This document shows positions 29,450 to 37,945 of a DNA stretch of 64,000 nt, piece after piece. This DNA is from Candidatus Bathyarchaeota archaeon RBG_16_48_13 (lineage in GTDB: Archaea; Thermoproteota; Bathyarchaeia; RBG-16-48-13). A program made the position numbers and the translations under genes. Numbering within the stretch: the stretch's first letter is position 1; each line of letters opens with the position of its first letter. The notes below the pieces were generated by a model. That model did not search any database. It worked only from the letters and a program-made list of their open reading frames with translations, and was not told the origin of the DNA. The stretch covers positions 44,456 to 108,455 of the forward strand of contig MEZH01000004.1 in the NCBI GenBank assembly GCA_001775995.1, read 5' to 3'.

Positions 29450-29491
29450 CGGCGTCGACATCCAAAGCTTGAATTCAAGGGTTCATGGTCA

Positions 29492-29824
29492 ATGCCCGGC
29501 GTTCTTTCGTCCCCTCCTTTCATAATACTTTTCTCAGTTTTCGTAGGAGTAGCTATTTACTGGATTGGCGGTAGGTTGGGGGCCAAAGGGGAGGCTAGTC
29601 CAGGAAAAGAGGAGGCTTATGCATGTGGGGAAGATATGCCGGCGGTCAAGACCCAAATAAACATACAGTCTTTCTTCATATACGCTTTTTACTTCATGAT
29701 TTTTGACATACTCGCATTTGTCTTAGTGACATCGTTCGGAACTGCTGGTATTTACGCAACCCTTTTCACTGGAATAGTCCTCTTGGCAGTAATTGTGCTT
29801 CCTAAGCTGGGAACTGGGGACTAA
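29492..29824 (+). CDS. nuoA: NuoA-like subunit
   Basis: Three TMs with loop K..AYACGE and FFIYAFYFMIFDI. Confidence 0.8.
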   Translation: MPGVLSSPPFIILFSVFVGVAIYWIGGRLGAKGEASPGKEEAYACGEDMPAVKTQINIQSFFIYAFYFMIFDILAFVLVTSFGTAGIYATLFTGIVLLAVIVLPKLGTGD

Positions 29825-29825
29825 G

Positions 29826-30245
29826 ATGAACGTAGTCAAGTGGGCCAGATCGAAATCGCCATGGATAATCCATTTCAACACTGGATCATGTAACGGTTGC
29901 GACATCGAAGTAGTTGCGGCCTTAACCCCCAAGTTCGATCTCGAGAGATTCGGCGTTCTTTTGAAGGGAAGCCCACGACACGCCGACGTCATTGTAGTTA
30001 CGGGCCCGGTCACTAACCAAGTGAAGGAAAGGCTGAAAAGAGTATACGAACAGATGCCCAGCCCAAAATTCGTAATGGCCATCGGCACCTGCGCATGCTC
30101 AGGCGGAGTCTTCAAAGACTGTTACAACTTATGCCAAGGGGTCGACAAAGTGATCCCGGTGGATATCTATGTTCCGGGCTGCGCGGCCAGCCCCGAAGCT
30201 ATAATAGATGGCGCAGCAAAATTGTTGAAGAAGATCAGCGGCTAA
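29826..30245 (+). CDS. Group 4 [NiFe]-hydrogenase small subunit (NuoB-like)
   Basis: HFNTGSCNGCDIE, SPRHAD, VMAIGTCACSGG, VDIYVPGC; CxxC rather than the tandem CC of NuoB. Confidence 0.9.
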   Translation: MNVVKWARSKSPWIIHFNTGSCNGCDIEVVAALTPKFDLERFGVLLKGSPRHADVIVVTGPVTNQVKERLKRVYEQMPSPKFVMAIGTCACSGGVFKDCYNLCQGVDKVIPVDIYVPGCAASPEAIIDGAAKLLKKISG

Positions 30246-30257
30246 GGAGAAGGAGCA

Positions 30258-30764
30258 ATGGTAGAAACGAAGGAGAGCAAAACGGGACTCTTAGAGAGGT
30301 TAAGAAACTCAATTCCTCAAGAATGGATATTGAGTCTCAAAGCTCCTGAGCCACGCAGGATTTTCCTATCAGTAAAAAGGGAGCATTTCAAAGAAGCTAT
30401 GACCAAGATGCTCAAAGATGAGGAGATAACACACCTTTCGACGATTACAGGTGTGGATCTTGGAGAAGAAATCGAGGTCATTTATCACCTTGATAAGTCT
30501 GGGACCATTCTATCAGTCAAGACGACGACCCCAAAGAGCCAACCCACGTTGCCGACTGTGACGGATTTGATACCAGGAGCGCCACTCTACGAGCGAGAGG
30601 TGCATGAGCTCTTAGGGGTTGCATTCGATGGTCACCCAGATCTCTCCCGTCTGGTTCTCCCAGAAGGCTGGCCTCCTGGACTGTACCCACTAAGGAGGGA
30701 GATCAGCATAGAGAACATACGTTCTGCACTTGAAAAGGCAAAGGAGGAAAAAAAAGTTGGATGA
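30258..30764 (+). CDS. NuoC-like subunit
   Basis: HLSTITGVD, PTVTDLIPGAPLYEREVHELLGVAFDGHP, YPLRR. Confidence 0.88.
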   Translation: MVETKESKTGLLERLRNSIPQEWILSLKAPEPRRIFLSVKREHFKEAMTKMLKDEEITHLSTITGVDLGEEIEVIYHLDKSGTILSVKTTTPKSQPTLPTVTDLIPGAPLYEREVHELLGVAFDGHPDLSRLVLPEGWPPGLYPLRREISIENIRSALEKAKEEKKVG

Positions 30765-31935
30765 AGAAAGAGTCATCATCCCAATAGGCCCTCAACACCC
30801 TGCCTTGAAAGAACCCATGAATTTCATGCTAAAGGTCGAAGGCGAGAAAGTCCTGGAAGCAATTCCCAACCTAGGCTATAACCATAGAGGAATAGAGAAA
30901 GCAGCCACTGTAAGAACGTACATTCAGAACCTCTATCTCGCAGAGAGAATATGCGGAATTTGCTCGATTGCCCACGTGCAATGCTACGCCCAAGGGGTGG
31001 AGAAACTTCTGGAGATGGAGATACCACCTAGAGCTCAATACGTCAGATTGATTCTCTCAGAGTTGAATCGACTCCACAGTCATCTCTTGTGGGTTGGGGT
31101 CGCGGCTCACGAGATTGGTTTTGACACGTTATTCATGTATCTGTGGAGAGACAGAGAGATAGTGATGGACACACTTGAACTCATAACTGGAAACAGAGTC
31201 TCATATGGTTTCACAATGTTGGGTGGAGTTCGAAGAGACATATCGCCCGACATGGCCGCCAGAGTGAAAAAAGAGATGAAAACGGTACGGGATAGAACTC
31301 AATACTATAAGAAGATGAGCTCTAATGAAAGAAGCATCCTGAAGAGAACACAGGGTGTGGGAATCCTAAAGCCCCAAGACGCCCTAGCCCTATGTGCATG
31401 CGGACCCACTCTGAGGGCTAGCAACATCAAATGGGATGTGAGGAGAGAGGACCCATACTTAGCATACAACGAGATACCCTTCAATGTTGTGACTTCTGAT
31501 GGATGCGACGTGCTAAGCAGAATGATCGTCCACTACGATGAGGTGATAGAGGCTACAAACATAATCGAATATGCCCTTGACCACATGCCAAGCGGCTCCT
31601 TCAGGGAAAAAGTCACCAGAAGGATTCCAGCGGGAGAGGTAGTAAGTAGAGTTGAAGCTCCCAGAGGAGAGGACATACATTACATAAAATCCAATGGAAC
31701 TGACAAGCCGGAGAGATTCAAGGTTAGGGCTCCGACTCTCGGAAACATACCCGCCGTCTGCAAAATGCTCTCTGACAGTTACATCGCGGACGTGCCAATA
31801 ATCCTGGCAGGGATAGATCCCTGTTTCAGTTGCACGGATAGGGTCACTTTCGTAAAGGGAGAGATGGGTAAGGGCTGGATCTGGACCCAAGAGGAACTCA
31901 GGAGGTACGCCAACAGGTGGTACCAGCAGAGATAA
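30757..31935 (+). CDS. Group 4 [NiFe]-hydrogenase large (catalytic) subunit, NuoD-like
   Basis: HRGIEK, ERICGICS (L1 motif), EAPRGE, DPCFSCTDR (L2 motif) plus a C-terminal extension; TTG start 30757. Confidence 0.92.
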   Translation: MDEERVIIPIGPQHPALKEPMNFMLKVEGEKVLEAIPNLGYNHRGIEKAATVRTYIQNLYLAERICGICSIAHVQCYAQGVEKLLEMEIPPRAQYVRLILSELNRLHSHLLWVGVAAHEIGFDTLFMYLWRDREIVMDTLELITGNRVSYGFTMLGGVRRDISPDMAARVKKEMKTVRDRTQYYKKMSSNERSILKRTQGVGILKPQDALALCACGPTLRASNIKWDVRREDPYLAYNEIPFNVVTSDGCDVLSRMIVHYDEVIEATNIIEYALDHMPSGSFREKVTRRIPAGEVVSRVEAPRGEDIHYIKSNGTDKPERFKVRAPTLGNIPAVCKMLSDSYIADVPIILAGIDPCFSCTDRVTFVKGEMGKGWIWTQEELRRYANRWYQQR

Positions 31936-32879
31936 TAGAATTCTTAAGCGTTCTAATATATCCGGGATTCATCTTCATCTTTACCCTGGCTTTTTTCTAT
32001 GAGTGGGTAGATAGGAAATTTGTGGCAAGATTGCAGAACAGATACGGTCCCCTTTACGCCGGACCGGGTGGTATTCTGCAGCCATTCGCAGATTTCATCA
32101 AGCTGTTGGCCAAGGAAGACATTACTCCGCGTGCTGCTGACAAGACCACCTTCCGAGTCACGCCCATACTCATGCTTGCCTTGGCTCTTTCGACACTATT
32201 CTTCATCCCTACAGCCTACACAACAGCTGTGTCGTGGTTCGAAGGGGACTTGATCTTCGTTACTTTCTTGGTCAGTATATTGGTATTGATAACCTTGATA
32301 GCAGCCTGGAGTTCTACCAGCACGTTCAGCACAGTGGGGGGTATCAGGGTAGTGCTCCAGATGCTGGGGTTTGAAATTCCTATGACAATAGTCATGGTCG
32401 GTCCGGCAATAGTGTCCAAGACGCTATCCATTACCAATATTGCTCTGTGGCAATACACCACTGGTCATTACTTCGCCATCTACCAGCCCATAGGGCTTAT
32501 AGTACTCATCATTTGCCTTTTGGCTGAAATCAAGAAAGCTCCCTTCGATATTCCCGAAGCTGAAAGTGAGTTAGCTGCCGGATGGATCACGGAGTTCTCA
32601 GGAAGGAAGTTGGCTCTGATAAGACTGACAACAGACGTCGAGCTGATACTGGCCGGGGCCTTGGTGACAGCCCTGTTCCTAGGTGGCCCAACCGGACCTT
32701 TCGGAATACCCTCCGTCATATTCTTCCTGATAAAGACCACGGGGGTCATACTCGTCATCTCAAACCTGAGAGCGCTATTTGCCCGGTTCAGGATTGATCA
32801 GATGCTTGGAGGATTCTGGAAGTATCTGGTACCCCTAGCTCTTCTTCAGATAATATTAGTCACATTAGGGGTTGGTTAG
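31917..32879 (+). CDS. nuoH: NuoH-like membrane subunit
   Basis: DRKFVARLQNRYGP, LQPFADFIKLLAKE, PFDIPEAESEL, ARFRIDQ. Confidence 0.92.
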   Translation: MVPAEIIEFLSVLIYPGFIFIFTLAFFYEWVDRKFVARLQNRYGPLYAGPGGILQPFADFIKLLAKEDITPRAADKTTFRVTPILMLALALSTLFFIPTAYTTAVSWFEGDLIFVTFLVSILVLITLIAAWSSTSTFSTVGGIRVVLQMLGFEIPMTIVMVGPAIVSKTLSITNIALWQYTTGHYFAIYQPIGLIVLIICLLAEIKKAPFDIPEAESELAAGWITEFSGRKLALIRLTTDVELILAGALVTALFLGGPTGPFGIPSVIFFLIKTTGVILVISNLRALFARFRIDQMLGGFWKYLVPLALLQIILVTLGVG

Positions 32880-32881
32880 AG

Positions 32882-33226
32882 ATGGCGATGGAACATGAAT
32901 TGCTCCGAAATCTAAGGAAGAAGGTTGCCACTGAGAAATACCCTTTTATTAAGAAGAAGCCCCCGGAAGGACTGCGCGGTAAACTGATAATAGACATGGC
33001 GAAGTGCATAGGATGCGGTCTCTGCGTCTTTGATTGCCCTGCCGGGGCCATAGAAATGATTGGCAAAGGCACTGCAGCAGATCTAAAGGTATACTTGGAC
33101 AGGTGCCACTTCTGTGGCCAATGTGCCGAGAGTTGCCCCTCAAAATGTATAGTGTACAGCACTGAGTTTGAGTTGGCGAATTTCGATAAGAAAAATCTGA
33201 CTATAGAATTTAAGAGAAAACTGTAG
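32882..33226 (+). CDS. NuoI-like 2x[4Fe-4S] subunit
   Basis: CIGCGLCVFDCP and CHFCGQCAESCP; TEKYPF and GLRGK N-terminal motifs. Confidence 0.9.
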   Translation: MAMEHELLRNLRKKVATEKYPFIKKKPPEGLRGKLIIDMAKCIGCGLCVFDCPAGAIEMIGKGTAADLKVYLDRCHFCGQCAESCPSKCIVYSTEFELANFDKKNLTIEFKRKL

Positions 33227-33254
33227 TATAACTGATTCTGGCAGCACGAGCTAT

Positions 33255-33788
33255 TTGCGATTCTTGTCAGACTCAGGTTTCGGTGGCATGACCGTCATGA
33301 AATGGGAAAAAGATTTGACATCATGGCTCAAAGATTCAAGGAGAGTATTGGTCATGGGAATTGGAAATCCTCTCGGAGGGGACGACAACCTTGGAAACTC
33401 AATGATTGAAGCAATCAAAAGGTTACCGCCAATAAAGGGAGTAACCTTACTAAGGTGTGATACGATACCCGAAAACTTCACTGGAAGGATAAGGAAACTG
33501 AAGCCAGATCACGTGATTATCATAGATGCATCAGAGATAAATGGAAGATGGGGGGAAGCGGCACTCATACCGCCCTCAGAGATCAAGGGGATACCAATAT
33601 CCAATCATTCACTGCCCATAAATCTCCTCTCGGAATATGTCCAAGAAACCATAGGTACGAAAGTTATGATGCTTGCTGTTCAACCCAAAGAGATGTCATA
33701 CAGCGACAGACTTTCTAAAGAGATAGAGAGCTCCATAACGGTTATCTCAAAGAAATTATTTGAAATCCTATCGGCCCGGCGTTCTTGA
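33255..33788 (+). CDS. hycI: Hydrogenase maturation protease (HycI family)
   Basis: VLVMGIGNPLGGDD, PENFTGRI, HVIIIDA, ISNHSLP, LAVQP; directly after the hydrogenase genes. True start may be a later ATG. Confidence 0.85.
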   Translation: MRFLSDSGFGGMTVMKWEKDLTSWLKDSRRVLVMGIGNPLGGDDNLGNSMIEAIKRLPPIKGVTLLRCDTIPENFTGRIRKLKPDHVIIIDASEINGRWGEAALIPPSEIKGIPISNHSLPINLLSEYVQETIGTKVMMLAVQPKEMSYSDRLSKEIESSITVISKKLFEILSARRS

Positions 33789-33821
33789 TCCATCAGATCA
33801 AGATGAAAATGAGAGTATTTC

Positions 33822-34922
33822 ATGAATGACCTTGGAAAACAAGCCTCTAAACACCTAGGGAGTACTGCTATGAGAATAGAAAATCTCAGGAAAGCATTCT
33901 CATCAGATTTAGATCACTTCATAGTGACAAATCCGAAAAATCTATTCTATTTGACAGGATTTCAGGGGAGTGGCGTCTTGATGATAACGCCGGACAGTGC
34001 AGTGACCCTCTATGTATATTCGATCGAATTTGAGCATGCAAAGAGCAAAGCAAGAGGATGCGAAATAGAACTCTTGGAGAATAAGATGAAGATTGAAGAG
34101 AAGGTTATGAATGATCTGAAGGTTCGGGGAGCCAAACGGGTAGGCATCGATGACCTTCCAATCTCCCAGTATCTGTTATTCAAGAGAAGAAGCAGAGGAA
34201 TGGAAATCCTGCTCAAAGTCGATCTAATATGGAAGCTACGGAAGAGAAAGGATTCTGTAGAACTCAAGAACATGAAAAAAGCTGCTGAAATAGCGACCCA
34301 TGGCTTCGAAGCTGCTCTGGAAGCAATAAGACCGGGAGCAACTGAAAAAGAAGTCGCTGCGGAAATCGAATATAGGATGAGGAGGCACGGATCGGAGGGG
34401 TTGGCTTTCGACTCAATAGTTGCATCAGGCTTCAACTCGATTCTTCCTCATGTTGGACCGACAGAAAGAAAAATCAGGGATGACGATTTCGTTATAGTTG
34501 ACATAGGGTCAATTTACGAAGGCTACTGCACAGACATAACTAGAACATACGTGGCAGGAAACCCATCGGTTCGACAAAGACGGATGTACGATGCCGTTTT
34601 GAGAGCACACGATAGGGCCATCGAATGTATCCAAGAGGGTGTAATGGCGAAGGTGGTTGATCACAGAGCTAGACAGATCCTGTCAAGAAGAGGCTATGGA
34701 GAATTCTTTGTGCATTCCTTAGGTCATGGCGTGGGTTTGGAAGTCCACGAGCCTCCAAGGCTGAGTCCTAATAGCAGTGAGGAACTTCAGAGCGGATATG
34801 TGGTCACAGTCGAGCCCGGGGTATACATTCCAGGCTATGGAGGCGTAAGGATAGAAGATACAGTTGCTGTGGTCAGAGGTGGGTCTGAAAGGTTATCCGA
34901 GGCCCCGTATGGCCTGAGCTAG
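33822..34922 (+). CDS. Xaa-Pro peptidase (M24 family)
   Basis: NLFYLTGF, VDIG..YEGYCTDITRT, HSLGHGVGLEVHE, TVEPGVY, GGVRIED. Confidence 0.92.
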   Translation: MNDLGKQASKHLGSTAMRIENLRKAFSSDLDHFIVTNPKNLFYLTGFQGSGVLMITPDSAVTLYVYSIEFEHAKSKARGCEIELLENKMKIEEKVMNDLKVRGAKRVGIDDLPISQYLLFKRRSRGMEILLKVDLIWKLRKRKDSVELKNMKKAAEIATHGFEAALEAIRPGATEKEVAAEIEYRMRRHGSEGLAFDSIVASGFNSILPHVGPTERKIRDDDFVIVDIGSIYEGYCTDITRTYVAGNPSVRQRRMYDAVLRAHDRAIECIQEGVMAKVVDHRARQILSRRGYGEFFVHSLGHGVGLEVHEPPRLSPNSSEELQSGYVVTVEPGVYIPGYGGVRIEDTVAVVRGGSERLSEAPYGLS

Positions 34923-35710
34923 TGGCCGAACCGTCTCTTCCTTTTTTGATAAATCCTGACAGCTCTCCAGAGGTCTATCTTTCTCAGGTCCGGCCAATAG
35001 ACGTCCAAGAAGTACAGTTCGCTATACGCGCTCTGCCAAAGAAGGAAGCCGCTTAGTCTCTCCTCTCCAGAAGTCCTTATAATGAGATCAGGATCGGATT
35101 TTGGCAAGTGTGATGTGTAAAGATGGTCTTCGATGAGCTTCTCATCAATGTCCTCTGGGCGAAGTCTACCTTCTGTTACCGCCTTAGTGATCCAACGCGT
35201 AGCGTCGACTATCTCGGCTCTACCGCCGTAAGCGATTGCTATGTTCAAAAAATGCTCTGCATAATTTTCAGTCGACTTCTCAGTCTCCGCAATTAGGTCT
35301 TGGAGGACTTGGGGAAGTAGATGTATCCTGCCTATAGCTTTGACACGAACCCTTTTCTGGTGGATCTTTACATCGGCCAGTAATGTTCGTATTTTTTCCT
35401 CGGCCAGCTTCATTATTGTTGTGATCTCCTCTGGAGGGCGCTGGAAATTCTCCATGGAAAAAACGTAGATGGTTATGGTTCTGACGTTAAGGTCAAGGCA
35501 CCAATCCAATAGAGTCTGTACCTTTTCAGCGCCCTTTTTATGGCCTATCCAAACTGGGAGTAGGTTCTCGCGAGCCCATCTCCTATTTCCGTCCAATATG
35601 ACACCTATGTGGCCAGGCATTTGGGAATTTCTTATCTGGCGCCACAGGTATTCTTCATAGGCTTTGTAGACTCCTAGTACTCGTAAGGTTCTCTCTAAAA
35701 TAGGCGGCAT
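34919..35710 (-). CDS. uppS: cis-prenyltransferase (polyprenyl diphosphate synthase)
   Basis: HIGVILDGNRRWA, FSMENFQRP, AYGGRAEI, DPDLIIRTSGEERLSGFLLWQ. Confidence 0.95.
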   Translation of the reverse strand: MPPILERTLRVLGVYKAYEEYLWRQIRNSQMPGHIGVILDGNRRWARENLLPVWIGHKKGAEKVQTLLDWCLDLNVRTITIYVFSMENFQRPPEEITTIMKLAEEKIRTLLADVKIHQKRVRVKAIGRIHLLPQVLQDLIAETEKSTENYAEHFLNIAIAYGGRAEIVDATRWITKAVTEGRLRPEDIDEKLIEDHLYTSHLPKSDPDLIIRTSGEERLSGFLLWQSAYSELYFLDVYWPDLRKIDLWRAVRIYQKRKRRFGH

Positions 35711-35724
35711 CTCCGGTCTTGGGA

Positions 35725-36897
35725 TTATTCTTCCTCGCTGTGCTCATCTTTCCTGAAGTGATTTGAGTATCTCCTGCTCAGAACCCGCACTATGAAAACC
35801 GAGGAAGCGGTTACCAAGATGCCAAATCCTACAGAAGCAACCAGAGTCATTGGCGACACAGATGGGTCAAGAAGGATGAGGGAAGATCTAAGAGCCACCT
35901 CTCTTGAAGGCAGTACCATGACAGCGCCAATCACGTTTCGCCAAAGCTTTGAACTCTCGATGAAAAGGTAATAGATGGACCTACCAATAAAGAACACTCC
36001 GACGCCTATGGTTATCAGGTCCAGTGAGTAGGCTATGAATTTGCCAATTATGAGTGGCAAATTTGCAAGTATTATGCCCAGATCAAAGGGAATTTGAACC
36101 TCAACCATTATTTTGGATATCGCCTGATAAGTGCCGATGAGAACTAGGACGAACCCTGCAGAGCTTGTGAAGAATCTAATCTGAGCCAAAGGAGTTGGTA
36201 TAAGGCTCGTTCGGACATAATGATTCACTCGCTTGATCCGCTGGTCCAATGCAAAGCCCTTGACAAGCAGTATGACGCCTAGAATTATCAATAGAGCTTG
36301 CCCTGTATAGATTAGTTGTTGGTAATACCAAAGGAAAAAGAAGGCTATCAGCAGTATTCCAGGTATTCCCAGGAACACCCGTGAGTACCTAGCATCCTCC
36401 GTAATCATTCTGACATATTTGAAGAAGACGGCCCAAGATTCTTCTATGGACTCACTGTGCTTCACAACTGTCCGTTTTATGGACATTATTGGAACGCGTG
36501 ATTCAACAATTGGGATGACTGATTCATCTCCGTAGCCATCGGAAACCAGAATAGCGTTGTTGGCTGGAAATCTTTCGAGAATCGATTCGAGTTCTGAGGC
36601 CAACTTCCGGTCAGCCTCTACTCCCCCAGAGTGAGAACCCGAAATAGAGGCCACTTCAATCTTCTCTTTAGGTTCAGTCAGGGTCTTCTTCATATCATCG
36701 AAAATTTTCACCGCATCGAATATGGCGTTGGCATCTGCTTCTTCCGGATCGTTCAGAGCCAATTCTATTGCAGCCTTAATGTTTTCATCTCGCCCTATGA
36801 CAGGAGTATTCACGCGCCCCTTTGCCTCGATATCCCCATCTCGGTCAACGCATAGCACCAGGATTCTGTCGGACTCGCCTTTGATCTTACTTGCCAT
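35725..36897 (-). CDS. DUF373 family membrane protein
   Basis: LVLCVDRDGDI, DPEEADANAIF, VSDGYGDE, VVKHSESIEESW; start re-assigned to ATG 36897. Confidence 0.85.
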   Translation of the reverse strand: MASKIKGESDRILVLCVDRDGDIEAKGRVNTPVIGRDENIKAAIELALNDPEEADANAIFDAVKIFDDMKKTLTEPKEKIEVASISGSHSGGVEADRKLASELESILERFPANNAILVSDGYGDESVIPIVESRVPIMSIKRTVVKHSESIEESWAVFFKYVRMITEDARYSRVFLGIPGILLIAFFFLWYYQQLIYTGQALLIILGVILLVKGFALDQRIKRVNHYVRTSLIPTPLAQIRFFTSSAGFVLVLIGTYQAISKIMVEVQIPFDLGIILANLPLIIGKFIAYSLDLITIGVGVFFIGRSIYYLFIESSKLWRNVIGAVMVLPSREVALRSSLILLDPSVSPMTLVASVGFGILVTASSVFIVRVLSRRYSNHFRKDEHSEEE

Positions 36898-36987
36898 GAG
36901 GAATCGAGCGCCTTTGGTCAATCTTGAAACAACGATTCTTGATTTCTGGGTACTGGTCAATGAAGAAAGCGTAATAGACGCTCTCTG

Positions 36988-37326
36988 TCAAATAGTGAGC
37001 CTCTTCACTGTAACGGTTCCATCCTCGGTTACCCTTATCTCGAATTCATCACCATAACTGTATTTCTTGGTGAGCCGCTCCCATTCCTGAATTGTCAAGT
37101 AAAGGACGAAACGGTTTGTGTATGCTCTTGCCTGAGGAAACATCCTCGGAAGCTGTTTGAGAATAGGCATAACAGCCATTACTTCTGGAGACGAGTTAGA
37201 GGGCATGGCGACGACACTAGTTTGTTGGGATTCTATGGCAAACTCTATGCTTATCAGCTCTCCACCCATGCCATCGAATGTTGGATGTACCGCAGTAACC
37301 TTGCAACTGATCGTCGTTTCGACCAT
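36988..37326 (-). CDS. Arcadin-1-like small protein
   Basis: 112 aa with N-terminal beta strands and the C-terminal pattern FVLYLTIQEWERL..KYSYGDEFEIRV..DG.V.VKR, resembling arcadin 1 from memory of the family; not searched. Confidence 0.55.
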   Translation of the reverse strand: MVETTISCKVTAVHPTFDGMGGELISIEFAIESQQTSVVAMPSNSSPEVMAVMPILKQLPRMFPQARAYTNRFVLYLTIQEWERLTKKYSYGDEFEIRVTEDGTVTVKRLTI

Positions 37327-37379
37327 TTTCTACAACCTTTATTTTGTTCTTTGGCTCTGCTATAAGGTGGGGATGGTCA

Positions 37380-37769
37380 CTATTGGGCATTTCTTTCCTT
37401 TTTTCTACTAAGATAGTCTTGTATGGCGGCGTGTAAGCCATCAGCCGCCAGATTTGAGCAATGCATCTTCACCGGAGGCAATCCTTCCAAGGCATCGGCG
37501 ACATCTTGCCTGGTGATCTCCATGGCTTCCTCCAGAGTTTTACCCCGGGCTAACTCCGTAATCATGCTACTGGTCGCTATTGCTGCTCCACAACCGAATG
37601 TCTTGAATTTAATGTCTTCTAGCCTGTTATCTTTGACTTTTATGTATATCCACATCAGGTCGCCGCATACAGGGTTGCCTACCTTCCCTATGCCATCTGC
37701 ATCTTTTATCTCGCCCATGTTTCGAGGGTTTCGAAAATGATCCATAACCTTCTCGGAATACATAGTCAA
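37380..37769 (-). CDS. iscU: Fe-S cluster scaffold IscU/NifU
   Basis: YSEKVMDHFRNPRN, GNPVCGD, FKTFGCGAAIATSS, KMHCSNLA. Confidence 0.93.
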   Translation of the reverse strand: MTMYSEKVMDHFRNPRNMGEIKDADGIGKVGNPVCGDLMWIYIKVKDNRLEDIKFKTFGCGAAIATSSMITELARGKTLEEAMEITRQDVADALEGLPPVKMHCSNLAADGLHAAIQDYLSRKKERNAQ

Positions 37770-37945
37770 ACTATCCTGGTCATCTTTGTGATTTGAAGAT
37801 TATTTGCCTTGCTACTTTTATGTTCATCGATGAATTGGGGGGAATATATTGAGCCCCGAGAGCATTTTGGGCGTGACCGAGAAGATGAAACAATTCTTTC
37901 TAAGCAACATGATTGTGTGTATGAATTTGTGAAAAGCGGTCGTAT

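Noticed and set aside
30757-31935. Calling the complex NADH:quinone oxidoreductase, Fpo or Mbs
   Set aside because: Both Ni-binding CxxC motifs, the cleavable tail and the adjacent HycI protease indicate a true [NiFe] enzyme; no NuoEFG or FpoF is present.
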